DNA of 64,000 bases from Macrostomum lignano (taxonomy: Eukaryota), in contig NIVC01002363.1 in the NCBI GenBank assembly GCA_002269645.1, positions 1 through 64,000 of the forward strand. Direction: 5' to 3'. A program made the translations under genes and the position numbers. This document shows, in pieces, positions 11,423 through 23,813 of the stretch. The stretch's first letter is position 1, and each line of letters starts with the position of its first letter. Under the pieces are notes generated by a model. It searched no databases and was not told where the DNA came from. It worked only from the letters and a program-made list of their open reading frames with translations.

Positions 11423-12950
11423 CTACTGCTCGATCAATTTAGCACCAACGTTACTCTTGAGTAGGGCGCGAGCTCGAGCCCGCAGCGCCTTGCGCTCGGC
11501 GAACAGTTTGCTGCGCGACTCGATTAGCTGAGCCAGCAATTTGCGCAGAGAAACGACAGACTTGAGACGCAACTGGCTGCGACGTCTAAATTAAATGCAT
11601 GTAGATTGGGTGATTCTTTAAAATAGTCTGTTGATACAGCAAAGTGAGTCAAGAAGGAGTTCATGACTACTTCTTAGCTCGTAATAATAGTAATACACTT
11701 AGTAAATCAATACCGAATTATATTAGAAAGGAATATTATTCTTGCTTAGAATTTAAAACTGATTATAAAAAGAGATTTTAAACAACTAGCTAGCAGTGCT
11801 ATCAGCTACTGCAACAAAAAAATAACTAAATTAGAAATAAATAAACATTAAATGATACCCTTATGAAGTTTAAAGGAGTGTGAAAGTTCTGATAAAAGAA
11901 ATACAATGTTAAAATTTATAGAATTATGAGAATAGTTCCATTTTTTATATAAACTGACTTAGTAGAATCTTTTAAAATTGCAAGTAAGTATTAATTTTTT
12001 TAAAAACTTTTTAAAAAATCTAATTAAATACATGACAAATCAATTCATAATAAATCCATCACTTTTTTTCTGAAAACATAAAATTTATAGTAGATATATC
12101 CTTAAAGGCATGCCACGAAAGCCTAAATATATTTATATCAACAATACTGATTAGAAAGAAAAAACAAAAATACAAAATATTTAATATCCAGTTTTGCAAT
12201 ACATGTACTGCCATTAGCATTTCAGGCTTTATAAATATCAGCTAGAAAGCTCACTAAGTCTCTTTGCTAAAAGTGTATTCAGCACTGTCACTTGTTTTCA
12301 GATACAGCTAAACTGTAGTGGCTACTTCTGAACAATCTTACATGCCTCATCTTATAAATGTTAGGGGAAAGGTTTGAAGGTAACCTACCTACCTTAGAGG
12401 GGCAACTTTTCCCATAAAATAAGTGCAAAATCAAGACTAAAAGAGTAGCCGTGTTCTCAGGATTAGGGGAAAAGTCAACCCTGTACTCGACCTAAGAACA
12501 CACAAAATATATTTAATAAGTTTATTTAATAAGTATACTAATGTTCAACAATATATTCGAGAAAATAGTTGCTTATCAAAATGGATCATAAAACGTAACT
12601 ATATTAAACACTTTTGCTAGTATTAAAAGCTGGTAAATAGCGCACAACTTACAAAAACTTCTCATAGTACTTGTTGTATGACAGGGCAACGTTAGATTGA
12701 TAACTTTTTGCTAGTTGCCTCCGCCGCAGCGTCACCTACAATGATAATTTGAGAAGACAAGTTCGTTTGTAGAAGTGGTAATGTACTCGTATGTTGTATA
12801 ATGTAGAAACTTGTATATTATTTACTTTGGTAAACTTCTTCGAAAAGAGTGGGTTCATTTGAAATTTCTCGAGAGAATACTCGGCTTCCAGCTGTCGAGA
12901 CTTTTTTACGCACAAAATTTTCGACTTTGAGCACGCCGCGTCGAGCGAAA
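11423..12950 (-). CDS. Candidate exons of an unidentified gene (12950-12826 and terminal 11585-11423)
   Basis: AG/GT-bounded open segments FARRGVLKVENFVRKK...FEEVYQ and RRSQLRLKSVVSLRKLLAQLIESRSKLFAERKALRARARALL...*. Their phases do not join directly, so an exon is missing or the call is wrong. Confidence 0.3.
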
Positions 12951-13825
12951 CTATAGGACTTTTGAATAAAAAATTTGCGAATCGCATTCACTTTCATTTT
13001 GATGCAAAACCATATTTTAAGGCCCTGAATTATTATATTTATATTTATTTTGCAACAGAAATTAAAGATATTATAGCTAAATAAATACGAACGAGTCAGT
13101 ATTTGTTATATTGCTTTGAAATAATTGAGCGTAACCCGCAGTTTTGCAAAGTTCAGCAGAAAATGGCTCAAAGCGTGTTTATATAGACATTTACCACTAC
13201 ATGTAGCGCATGTTTGCAATATGGTAAAGTCGATTCTCGTAAGCTCATAAGCTAACAAGCTCTAATAATAAGTTAGTAACAATATAACGCAGTAGCTTCG
13301 AGGGATGATAGTGTGATCATGCAGCTACGTACATGTTACTGTATACCGCCTGCTGCCACATGCATATGACTCTCATTTTTTTGATTAGACCAAAAAAATT
13401 ATTCCGTATTACCTTTGTCCAAGCAACTGTAAGAAAGACACCGCAGTCGTATTTCCTGCAATCCTGCAATTGTTTTATGGCCAATTTTTGATAAACGCGC
13501 AGTAGTCTCGGGTCTATATATTAAGTGATATGTATTGTATGTACACTGGAGGCGAAATTCATTTTTTAAAGTACATGTAAAAGATTTGCAAAGAATTTTT
13601 GTTAATATTGTTTTTATATACATTTTTCTGTGTCTCAGTAGTAAAGAAGCAAATCATATAAAAATTTAAATTGGAATTTTTTCACATTTAAATCTGTGAT
13701 GCAGGGTTTAAAAAGGTGCCACACGACGTGAGGCAATTAACGGAAATTAGCGCAGTATAATAAACTAGTTGTGGGCCTAATTATGTTTATATTACAGCAC
13801 TTTTTGTAAAAATATGAACAAAAAT

Positions 13826-13920
13826 TAGTCCCGGGATTTGGGGTCCTGAATCCCGGGACTGGAAATCCCGGGATTTTGGCCCAATCCCGGGATTTCGGGA
13901 TCCCGGGATTGCAATCCCTA
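13826..13920 (-). mobile_element. Solo DNA-transposon/MITE terminus with AATCCCGGGATT palindromic subterminal repeats
   Basis: Minus strand reads TAGGGATTGCAATCCCGGG, followed by several CCCGGG-centred repeats; no partner end found. Confidence 0.45.
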
Positions 13921-14770
13921 CCGCCCGCCTGCCTCTCTTTCCCGATCCCGATCTGGGCCCAGATGTGTAAATGGGTTTCAAAATTTACTAACTTTCAGCT
14001 GCTATAAGTTTGCTCCACCTAAAGCGATTGACTTCAAACTTGACACAATTCTTCATTGACTCATTCTATATCTAAATGTAAAGTTTAAACTCTGTAACTC
14101 AACCGAAAAAGAAACTGTAAGCATGTGAAGTTTGTCTGCTTTTTCTGTTGTTCGTGCCACTCAACTCACTCATTCCCCCAGAGCCAGACCAAGGGTCAGG
14201 CGATAGGGATAAATGTATGGCAATGTACAGTGTTTTGGAATAACTTTGTTTATGGCCTTCTCTGCACCCCCGCGTGGAGAGGCTACGTTTAGCCATCCAT
14301 AACAGTTTAGTGAGACATTCTAACCACTGTCCTCTGTATAGGCAAACTCTGCAGCAGTTTAACAGTGGATGGCAAATCAAGGTAATTCAGCATGGTTTGT
14401 AAAAGCGAAAGATTTATGAAAAGGCGATGTAATGCAATTCAAACCCTACTAAATTAGTCACACCATGGAAATTTTAAGTTTCTCTTAAAGGTACTTTTAA
14501 ATTTAAATGGCCTCCTAAGAAATGCGTATTTCCTTGGTTGTTAGACTGCTGCAGACTGCAGTGGAGCTGAAGATACACAAATTCCTTTCAGGGCTGCAAA
14601 TTGGCAAGAAAGATGACGTGATCAAAGCATGAGAACAACCATGAGAGTACTACGTCCCACAAACTGGCTTTCGAAGCAGGGATCGGCAGACTTTTACCTC
14701 AAAAGCCAGATAAAGAATCCAGCTTATGTGCGGGCCAGATGAGAGTGGAAAGGAGAAGGAATAGACTATT
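13921..14770 (+). repeat. Diverged ~0.8-kb direct duplication, copy 1 (copy 2 at ~16136-16935)
   Basis: Collinear matches, e.g. ACTAACTTTCAGCTGCTATAAGTTTGCTCCAC, GGCCTCCTAAGAAATGCGTATTTCCTTGGTTGTTAGACT and GATGACGTGATCAAAGCATGAGAACAA, occur in both copies. Confidence 0.85.
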
Positions 14771-15588
14771 AGAAGAGAGGAGAGGCGAGACGGGGATAAG
14801 AGAAAACATGGAAGATAAGAGGAGAGACAAGTGGTGAGGAGAGAGCAGAGAAGAAGGGAGGAAGAAGCGAGAGGAGGGGAGAAAGGAGGGAGAGGAAAGA
14901 GTAAAGGTGAGATGAGGGGAGAGATGAGACAGAGGATCGATGAGAGGAGAGTAGAGAAGAGTGAGAAGAGAGTAGAGATGAGAGAGCAGAAAGAAGATGA
15001 CAGGGGTCAAGATGAGAGGAGAGATTAGAGAGGAGAGAGTAGAAAGGATAGAGAAGAGAGGAGATTAAGAGGGTGAGAGAGGAGTGAGAAGAGAAGAGAT
15101 AGAGATAAGAGAGGGGTGTAAGAAGAGGGGAGAAAGGAGAGATGAGAGAGTAGAGGAGAGAGTTAAGAGAAGAGAGAAAATAATATAGAGAGGAGAAGGA
15201 AGAGACGAGAGAAGAGGCGGGGAGAGAAGAGAGAGGAGAGGAGAGAGAAAAGAAGAGGGAAGAGATGAGATAAGAGATGTGAAAGAGAAGAGAGATGAGG
15301 GAAGATACGAAAGAAGATAGGAGAGAGGAGAGGAGAGAGAAAACGAAAGAGGAGAGAGGAGAGAGGAGAGGAGAGAGAAAACGAAAAGAGACAAGAGATT
15401 GAGATAAGAGAGATGAAAGAGAAGAGAGATGAGGGAAGATACGAGAGAAGAGAGGAGAGAGAAGAGAGAGGAGAGAGGAGAGACGAGGGACGAGAGAGAA
15501 GGAAGGAAACAGAAGAGACGATAGAAATTTTAAAGGATCCAAGGGACGTAGGGAGAGTCAGGGAGAGGCCAGAGTTTGCCAATACATG
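14677..15588 (+). mobile_element. hAT-type MITE with an internal AG-rich tract (family also at 29310, 59757, 62802)
   Basis: Left end CAGGGATCGGCAGACTTTTACC, ~750-bp polypurine tract, decayed right end GGCCAGAGTTTGCCAATACATG. Confidence 0.7.
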
Positions 15589-15823
15589 TTTTAGAGTCAG
15601 ACAGACATTGCCTGACATTCTGCGCAGCACCCCAGCCAACAATATCAATGTTTGCCTCAAACCCTAATTTTACACGAATGTGCTCCATTTTATGTCTACC
15701 TCTATCCTACTAACTATTAACAAGTTTTTGTTTGTGTATGGCCTTAGATTTCAGAATACATGCAAAAGTAGTTCCGGGGATTGGAATTCCCCGGGTTCAA
15801 AATCCGCGGGTTTCAACAGCTTG

Positions 15824-16135
15824 TCTCTACCTATAAAAATCAAAACTCTGTGTGTGTGTCTGTTACGTCTGTCTGTGGACAATTTAGTTCGCTATGGACT
15901 CCCAAACTGGTCAACCAAATTATACCAAATTTTCCACCCAACCCTAGACTCACTACGGAGAATGTCTTAGGCTACCTTTAAATTTCCTAAATGAGTCTTC
16001 CTACCTAAAAGTGCAAAAAACTGCTCAAAATGCGCGATTTTTTTACTAAATCCTCCATCCATAGCGCCGCTCCACTTCCACTTCTAATTCTGAGCGGTCC
16101 TGTGCACTTTTTTCAGCGTGGCAGCCACCCCAACC
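15824..16135 (+). mobile_element. Possible non-autonomous Helitron-like 5' segment
   Basis: TCTCTACCTATAAAAATC...(TG/TGTC)n...TTCGCTATGGACTCCCAAAC resembles 5' ends of invertebrate non-autonomous Helitrons; no 3' CTAG end confirmed. Confidence 0.3.
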
Positions 16136-16935
16136 TCCGCCCGCCTACCTCTCCCGATCTGGGCAAAGGGTGCAAATAGGTTTTAAAATGACTAACTTTC
16201 AGCTGCTATAAGTTTGCTCCACGTGAAGCGATTGACTTCAAATTTGACACAATTCTTTATTGACCCATTCTCTGTCTAAGTGTAAAGTCTCAACTCTGTA
16301 TCTCAATCAGGACAGAAACTGTAAGCATGTGAAGTTTGCCTGCTTTTTCCTGTTGTTTTTGCCACTCACTCACTCACTCCCCCAGAGCCAGACCAAGGGT
16401 CAGGCGACAAGGGCTGAATGTACATAGCAAATGTACAGTGTTTCGGAATAGCTTTATTTGTAGCCTTCTCTGCACCTCGAGAGTGGAGAGGCCGCGTTAA
16501 GCCATGACAGTTTAGGGAGAAAAATCTAACCACTGTCCTGAGTGTCCTCTGTACGAGTATAGGCAAACTCTGCTGCAGCAGTTTAACAGTGGATGGCAAA
16601 CGGCGATGCAATGCAATACAAGTCAGACAATGGAAGTTTTAACATTAAGTTTCACCTGAAGGTACTCTAAAATTTAAATGGCCTCCTAAGAAATGCGTAT
16701 TTCCTTGGTTGTTAGACTATTGTAAATGTAGATTGCAGTGGAGCTGAAGATATGAAACTTCCTCTCAGGGATGCAAAATTAGCCAGACAGATGACGTGAT
16801 CAAAGCATGAGAACAATCATGAGAGTACTAGGTTCCACAAACTGGCTTTCGGTAGACTTTTACCTCAAACGCCAGATAAAGAATCCAGCTCATGTGCAGG
16901 CCAGATGAGAGTGGTAAGGAGAAGGAATAGACTGT
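16136..16935 (+). repeat. Diverged ~0.8-kb direct duplication, copy 2
   Basis: Collinear with 13921-14770; ends at GGAGAAGGAATAGACT, where copy 1 enters its AG tract. Confidence 0.85.
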
Positions 16936-19900
16936 AACAGGTCGTTTATCGGTAGTCTCTGAAGGCCTCTCACGCTAACTACCTTTACACGCCTGCTACC
17001 CCTCTGCCACGACAGACAGAAGCTTCGAAGAACTGAGACAAGTCCTTTCTTAGGTTTGAGCTCAAACTCTACTGAACTCGGCAGTGGAGAGCCTCGGCTC
17101 TTCGAATTGCATTGTATTTATAACGCTCGGCATTGTGCTCGGGGGCAGTGTTGGGGTGGTGGCGTGATATTTTTCCGCCCCACCCATCTTTATTTGCTTT
17201 TTTGCATAGTTGGCAAGTTAGATGAATTAACACAGAGAGGGCACGCATGGTCTGCGTGGCTGTTTTAGTGCAGGCAAATGGGTGGGTTTTTGTTTGTGTA
17301 TGACTTTACACTTTAGAACACAGGCAAAATAGTTCCGGGAATTGGAATTCCCCGGGTTTCAACAGCTTGTTTATATACAAAGAGAAGTTTAGTGTGCACC
17401 CAGAAGCTACATGTACATGTATACGCGCCCTCATCTCAAATATGAGAAATCGCTTCATGAAAAACTGGGACGGCAAATATGCAAGTCTACATGTAAGTCA
17501 TCCTTGTGTGAAAATGGTTCTTGCATGCAGGGACTAAATATAAAATAGTCTTGTAAAATATTCGCGTATAAATATACATGTATATACTGTACATGTACGG
17601 CGTTAATTCACAGATATATATATACATACGTTTGTTCCATTTTCCAAGGTTGCATTTACAATTTAACCCTCTATACCCCACGCCTCATCGTGTGTGGATG
17701 TGCACGAAGTATGTTTGCTGCCATGGCAAGGCATATAAATATCTGTCTATAGTCTCATACCTACAGTGTAAAGCTTTCACCCGTTTGTAACAGTTCTGCC
17801 CATACAGTAGTGGCAGAACTCCGTTCCTTTGTATCCGTCCCTGTACAGCCTGGGAGCGACAACTGCAGCGCGCGTGTCTCATTCCTTTGCAGAGAACAGT
17901 CCTCTCTGCATTTTACATATGACATCAGTACAATCTATTATCATTGTACTGTTTACCTTTCCCATCCCTCGCTGTTCAGTTTAACCTCAAAATTGCTTTG
18001 AGCAGCCTCTTCAGCAACTATTTACATAATACCCTGTTTCATTTCGCTTCAATAATTTGCTCTACTATTTAAAAATAGCCTGACGAAACGCGTTGAGAAC
18101 CGAAAACTGCGGTTGATTCTCAGTTTTCTATTCCTACACATCACGGAGGCCCCGTTACTTGCGGCACAGAACATTCGACGGGAGAATAAACGGTGAGCAT
18201 TAAAAGTGTTTATTTGAAACGGGCCCTAAAATTTATAATAATCTGAACTGGTTAGTCAGGTTGTTTTAATCATTTTTTAATTAACATTGAGTATAACATG
18301 ATTCGTCATATCAATGTATCAGGATTATAATCTAAATATTGCAGCAAGTGCTGATTGACAGCTGAAGTAGAATAACGCTGTAACTCGATTTTCTTAGAAG
18401 TATCAGGTTGTTTCCGTCTATTTATTTCTTTCGTGTGAGGCAAAAGCCAAGCTGACTCGTTTCAGGGGGCGCCAGCACCAAGGGACGCCAGAAACGAGTC
18501 CCCTGCTTATGCTTAAGACCATAGACTAAAATAAAAGTAAATAATACAAGGACTACTAAGTTTTTTAGTCCTTGAAATATTAAAGCTCGTATTTGTGCCC
18601 CGTTTGGTCATATTAACGCTGTACATTTAACCAAAGACGAATGTTGATTTGGTACAGTTCACGAAAACGAATGTATTGGGTATTTAAGAATGAGCTGTTG
18701 TCTCTACTAAATCTCTAATTTTTATCTGTGACTTTTTGGTGTTTTTTTGAATCACTTAGCCTTGCTGAAATGGTAAGCTCTCTTGAGTGACTTGCCATTC
18801 CTCCCGCAACTGACTACAACGAAGCTGAGCAGAGACTCAACAAAATGATTGCGTACCAGAAGCTACAACGAAGACGTGTAAGTGGATGGCAGAAATCTTT
18901 CGATCGTGGCACGAGAAGACTTAACGGGCTATAAGGCAGAACATGGACCGAGTTTGATGGTGTTGGCCGATCTATCCGAGATGAGCAAGCGCGATCGCAA
19001 CTACGTTCTTAAGTGGTTTATCTTAGAGATATGAAATAAGCGTCGTGATTGCTATGGTCGTTTCTACGTTGAAGGATTGTTTCAGCATTTTGCAATACTA
19101 CTTGGTTCACCAAGGCTGAAAGCCATGGAGCCTCTGAAAAGACGCGGATTTCAATGAGAGCCATGATTCAATGAGTACCGGTGTCGGAAAGGGTAGTGGA
19201 TTGCGTCGCGCAGGACCTGTTCCATCTAGCTCAAATAGAAGCTTTGGACTGAAGGTGTGTTTTGTTTGTAGTGGTAGTCCACGACAACTGGTGAGTTCCA
19301 TGATTTGAGGTGTCGGAAAACATTTCGCACTATGCGGTGGTTTGGAGTTCCGAGACCTTCATGGAGTACAAAAGACAGATCCAGCTAGAAACAGTTGATG
19401 ATGAGGTCTGTTTACGAGGACTACAGCGGTTTGAGTACCTTCCTGCGGCTTATTCGTTGTTTTGTCTATTCAGATTTAGCCCAGCCAACGAAATATATTT
19501 TTTACATTGGACCATATAGACTTAAATGCATTTGGCGCGGCCAAAAAGGGGTATAAATATAAGCTGCAGGCTGGTAAGGAACGCATATTTGCCGCATCGC
19601 TACTGCATTTCTGTATGCTCTAGAGAATGCACAGCGCTGAATGGGGTTTTACCATTGACAAACTCGGTCTACTACTGATCTAGTGATTACTAATCTAAAT
19701 AGGCTATCGATACAAATATATGTTCATTATCGGCCTCTAGCTCATTTCTTAGAAAACTGAATATACAGCGTCCCTCTGCATCAGTATGCCACGCCACTGT
19801 ACAACAGATATTCTCTAAAAATGCGCATGAAGTTCCAAATCGTTTTGTCAAATTTTGTGATGCATTTTGAATGACAACTTAGAGAAGCGTCTATAATAAT

Positions 19901-20073
19901 TTTTTGTAATACATGTAGAAAAGTCTCCAGCTCAGGTTAATGATTTCATGAATCAGCACTTGTTGTCGTGCGAAAGAGCGCATAGTGAAGCTAAGGACGT
20001 TCTTATATGTGTAAGATTTTCCGACTTACCTGTAATTTTTACCAACCCTATTCGTTTTCGACGCAGCTAAAAG

Positions 20074-22377
20074 ATGGCCGATAATCTAAGCCAGCACTCG
20101 GCGAAGCAGCTCTACTCAGCTCTGAAGACCGCAATCCAGTGCGGCGACGATTCTGAGATGGAGCGTCTGACGCAGGACGTGGCTGATCGAATCGGCGAGT
20201 CGAGCGATTCCACAGCCAGAGACATCGTGTTTGCAGCTGCTCGCGACAGCCTCGGGCTGGCCGCTCTGCGAGCTCTGGCTGATCGCATCGGCATTGATGC
20301 CTTCCTGCTCAGAGACAGCAACGGCGACTCCATTGTACACATGGTAGCCGAAAATCATCAGAGCTCCGAGTCCATGCAGCTCATCAAGGACGCAATGCGA
20401 GAGACTCACTGTTTCAAGTCGCCCAACAGGGACAGCAGAGGTGGCACTGTGGCACACTGTGCCGCGAGGAATCGGCACACAAGCTCATCTCTTGAGTGGC
20501 TGCTCAACAATCTCGGACCAGGTTGTCTTGACGACATTGACGCTAGTGGAAACTCGCCCGTACACCTGGCGTCACAACACCAGACTGCTGAGTCGATGCA
20601 GATTATCAAGCAGAAAATGGGTAACAATACCGAGTGCTTTAAGCAGAAGGGATTCCGTAACCGGACGGCGCTTCACTGCGCCGCCATGAACCGCCAGGGT
20701 CCATCGGCTTTTAACTGGCTTGTGGAGGAGCTGGAAGCGGCTTGCCTCAGCGAGAAGGACGAAGATCAGTACACAGCCATGCACATCGCTGCCGAGCGCC
20801 AGAGAGACGAAGTGCTACAGCTAATTAAAGCGAAGACAAACAATGCGAAGTGTTTTAAAACCAGAGGCTTCAACAGGATGACTGTTGTCCACTCGGCCGC
20901 CAAGAACGAGTTTGGCAGCTCTTCGCTCGAATGGTTAGTTAACGAGCTCGGACATCAAGTACTCACGGACACGGACGGGGATGGAAACACTGTGGTCCAC
21001 ATTGCAGCCGCCTTCCAAACGGCTGACTGCATGAGGTTCATCAAGGAGAAAATGACCGGAGTTGAGTGTTTCACCGAAACAGGCATGAAGTTTTCTACTG
21101 TGGTGCATTACGCTGCACTGAACAAGATTAGCAACTCGGCTCTTCATTGGTTGGTGGATGAACTTGGACAGAAGTGCTTGGAGGTAAAGGATCAGGAGGG
21201 CAATACGGTTATTCACAATGCTGCCGGCTCACAAAATGCGGAGACCATGGAGTTTATCAAAAGGAAGATGAACGGCGTCAGTTGTTTTAAACAGGGAGAA
21301 AGAATGACACCGGTGCATTGTGCTGCCTTCAACACATCAACTTTTTCTGCACTCACGTGGCTAGTGAAAGAGCTTGGTCCAGAATGCCTGTTAAATAAGG
21401 ATTATCAAGGCGACACAGTCATCCATATAGCTGCTTATTACCAATCGGCAGAGTGCATGCAGTTCATCAAGGATACCCTGGGCGGCATGAAGCACTTCAG
21501 ACTAAAAGGCCGTTTCCGCAACAGCATTACAAACAGTGCAGCTCAAAATAAGACCGGTGACTCGGCGTTGAAGTGGCTGGTGAACGAACTTGGGACAGAG
21601 TATCTTAAAAGTCAGGACGTTGAAGGAAACACGCCTATTCACGACGCAGCGGAGTTTCAGACAGAGGAAACACTGAAGTTTATCAAAGAGAAGATGAACG
21701 GTTCCGAGTGCTTCAGTCTCAGGGGCAGAGACAGGATGACTGCTGTTCACTGCGCTGCAATGAACAAGAAAAGCAGTTCAGCGTTCAAGTGGCTAGTGAA
21801 CGAGCTCGGAGTCAACTGTCTGATGGACAGAGACTCAGACGACAGCACTCCTCTTCATATGGCAGCCGAGTTTCAGGATGTGAACGTTCTGCACTTCCTT
21901 AAGGAGAAGACAAAGGGCGTCGAATGTTTCAAGACCCGTGGATACAACAAAAGCACTGTTGTGCATTCTGCCGCGACAACTCAGAGAGTGAGTCCACTAC
22001 CGCTTAAGTGGATGATCAACGAGCTGGGGCCCGAGTGCCTTCTGTACAGTGACAGGAGAGGCGACACCGTGATCCACGCGGCAGCCGAGTTTCAAACTAA
22101 GGAAACCTTGCAGTTAATCAAGGAGAAGCTGAGCGATGTAGAAATCTTTCGCAAAGTGAGGGGTCGCAACGGAATGAACGCGGTGCACGTGGCCGCTCTA
22201 AATAAGGTGAGCCGGCAAACCCTCCGCTGGCTGATAAAGCAGCTTGGACCGGAGTGCATCAAGGACGTGAATGATAATGGTCAAACCGTTATGGATCTGT
22301 GCCGGTTTTTCGAGGCCAACTTTGGAATGAAACAGATGCGCAAGGAGATTTTCCAGAAACTCGAAGAGCCGCTGTGA
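20074..22377 (+). CDS. Intronless ankyrin-repeat protein (767 aa) built from ~9 alternating A/B repeat pairs of ~72 aa
   Basis: Long ORF with recurring GxTxxHxAAxxQ..IKEKM and TxVHxAAxN..LxWLVxELG motifs. Splice-acceptor-like TTTTCGACGCAG lies 7 nt before the ATG. Confidence 0.93.
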   Translation: MADNLSQHSAKQLYSALKTAIQCGDDSEMERLTQDVADRIGESSDSTARDIVFAAARDSLGLAALRALADRIGIDAFLLRDSNGDSIVHMVAENHQSSESMQLIKDAMRETHCFKSPNRDSRGGTVAHCAARNRHTSSSLEWLLNNLGPGCLDDIDASGNSPVHLASQHQTAESMQIIKQKMGNNTECFKQKGFRNRTALHCAAMNRQGPSAFNWLVEELEAACLSEKDEDQYTAMHIAAERQRDEVLQLIKAKTNNAKCFKTRGFNRMTVVHSAAKNEFGSSSLEWLVNELGHQVLTDTDGDGNTVVHIAAAFQTADCMRFIKEKMTGVECFTETGMKFSTVVHYAALNKISNSALHWLVDELGQKCLEVKDQEGNTVIHNAAGSQNAETMEFIKRKMNGVSCFKQGERMTPVHCAAFNTSTFSALTWLVKELGPECLLNKDYQGDTVIHIAAYYQSAECMQFIKDTLGGMKHFRLKGRFRNSITNSAAQNKTGDSALKWLVNELGTEYLKSQDVEGNTPIHDAAEFQTEETLKFIKEKMNGSECFSLRGRDRMTAVHCAAMNKKSSSAFKWLVNELGVNCLMDRDSDDSTPLHMAAEFQDVNVLHFLKEKTKGVECFKTRGYNKSTVVHSAATTQRVSPLPLKWMINELGPECLLYSDRRGDTVIHAAAEFQTKETLQLIKEKLSDVEIFRKVRGRNGMNAVHVAALNKVSRQTLRWLIKQLGPECIKDVNDNGQTVMDLCRFFEANFGMKQMRKEIFQKLEEPL

Positions 22378-23813
22378 GAATTTACAAATCAATCGGTGTA
22401 ACAATTTTAGATGGTTACTATTCAATCTATTGGTAATGCCGTCTGAAAAAAACCAGAATATATTCAAGACTTTTTTATAATTAGAGAAATAGAGGGCTGC
22501 TTAACTGCACTATTACCCACTACATATTAACCAATGATACTTGCACTTTAAAATCACTTCTTTCCTCGTAAGATACGTAGGTGCGACTGTCTACAAACAA
22601 CTGACGTGTTTTAATTGATCAAATCAAGTTTCTTTGCACACCTGCCTTCTGTTTTTTTCACAGTTTCCTCTTTTTATCTCAATGTCTGGAAGTTTGACGT
22701 TGCTTTAGCAGTATATTATTGAGTAAATTTTGTTCCGACTAAAGTTATCTATCCTAGTAATGTGCACTCCCCATGCATAAAAATGCTTAAAAATATTTAC
22801 ATTTCATTTTCAAATATATATATATATATATGCTAATAAAAATGGTTTGTCTGTGTGTGTCTGTCTTATATATGCTAATTTTGACACTAAAAATGGTGCT
22901 AATACCCAGATAAAATGGCGAATGAAGTAAAATTAAATGAAGAGAATTCAGATTCTAGAATAGATATGGAACAGGGAAACAACTGAGTGGATCTGGAACC
23001 AGGAATTGGATCTCAGTCAAGTAGATCTGGAATTTGGATTGAAACGCAAGCGATATTTGGTATTTCAAATACTTCAAAGGAAGCTATAAGAATTGGGCGG
23101 GTGAACTTATAAAAAAATAAATAAGCAAGTAAGTGCTATCGAAATTATAATTTTGCATGGCTAAAGCGACATCAGCTTGAAACTTGGCAACTACAAAGAT
23201 GTATTATAATTTATAATTATGAACAGAAAAACAGCGTATTATTTATTGCACAAGCGGCAGAGCTGATCAACAATCAGACCGATATTGAAAAATCACTTGT
23301 AATAAATTTATTACAATTTGAAATAAATTAAACAGAGTTAAAGTCGCGCACCAAGCAGTGCATTCAAAAGCTAAATAAATAGTTTTATAAACAGCCTGGA
23401 ATATGTACAATAGCATTAATTGTACGTACCAAATTGTTATAGAGAGAACAACACGTTTCCTAATTTAAAAAAATGCGTTCATTTCAGAAAATTAACCGGA
23501 AAAAATAAACAATTATAAATATAACGAATATATTGCGTAAAATGCTACTTACTAGTAGAGCTGCATGTGTAAAACAAAATGTTTCATTTTCAATGGACGA
23601 TTGAAAGAGAAGAAAGGAGATTATATAACATATGTTTGTTACTAGCGAATGTGTTTTGGCAAAGGTATAACAAATACGAACAAGTATAAATGGTTAAATA
23701 AACAATATCGATTACATAGCATGCAACATGGTTGGACTGGTTATGAGGAATATTGAGCTGCCAGCTTAAAAAACGCACAAGCTTTGATGTATCATGAAAC
23801 CTACTAAAATTAT

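Noticed and set aside
14699-15667. Ser/Leu-rich and Glu/Arg-rich ORFs (also 63104-63301, 29429-29644, 59781-59969)
   Set aside because: Read-through of AG/CT tracts inside MITEs.
18760-19520. Coding-like degenerate sequence upstream of the ankyrin gene
   Set aside because: Multiple stops and no motif I can name; possibly an old TE or pseudogene.
19553-19562. TATA box as the ankyrin gene promoter
   Set aside because: TATAAATA is present ~510 bp upstream of the ATG, but such motifs are common in AT-rich DNA and no matching first exon could be fixed.
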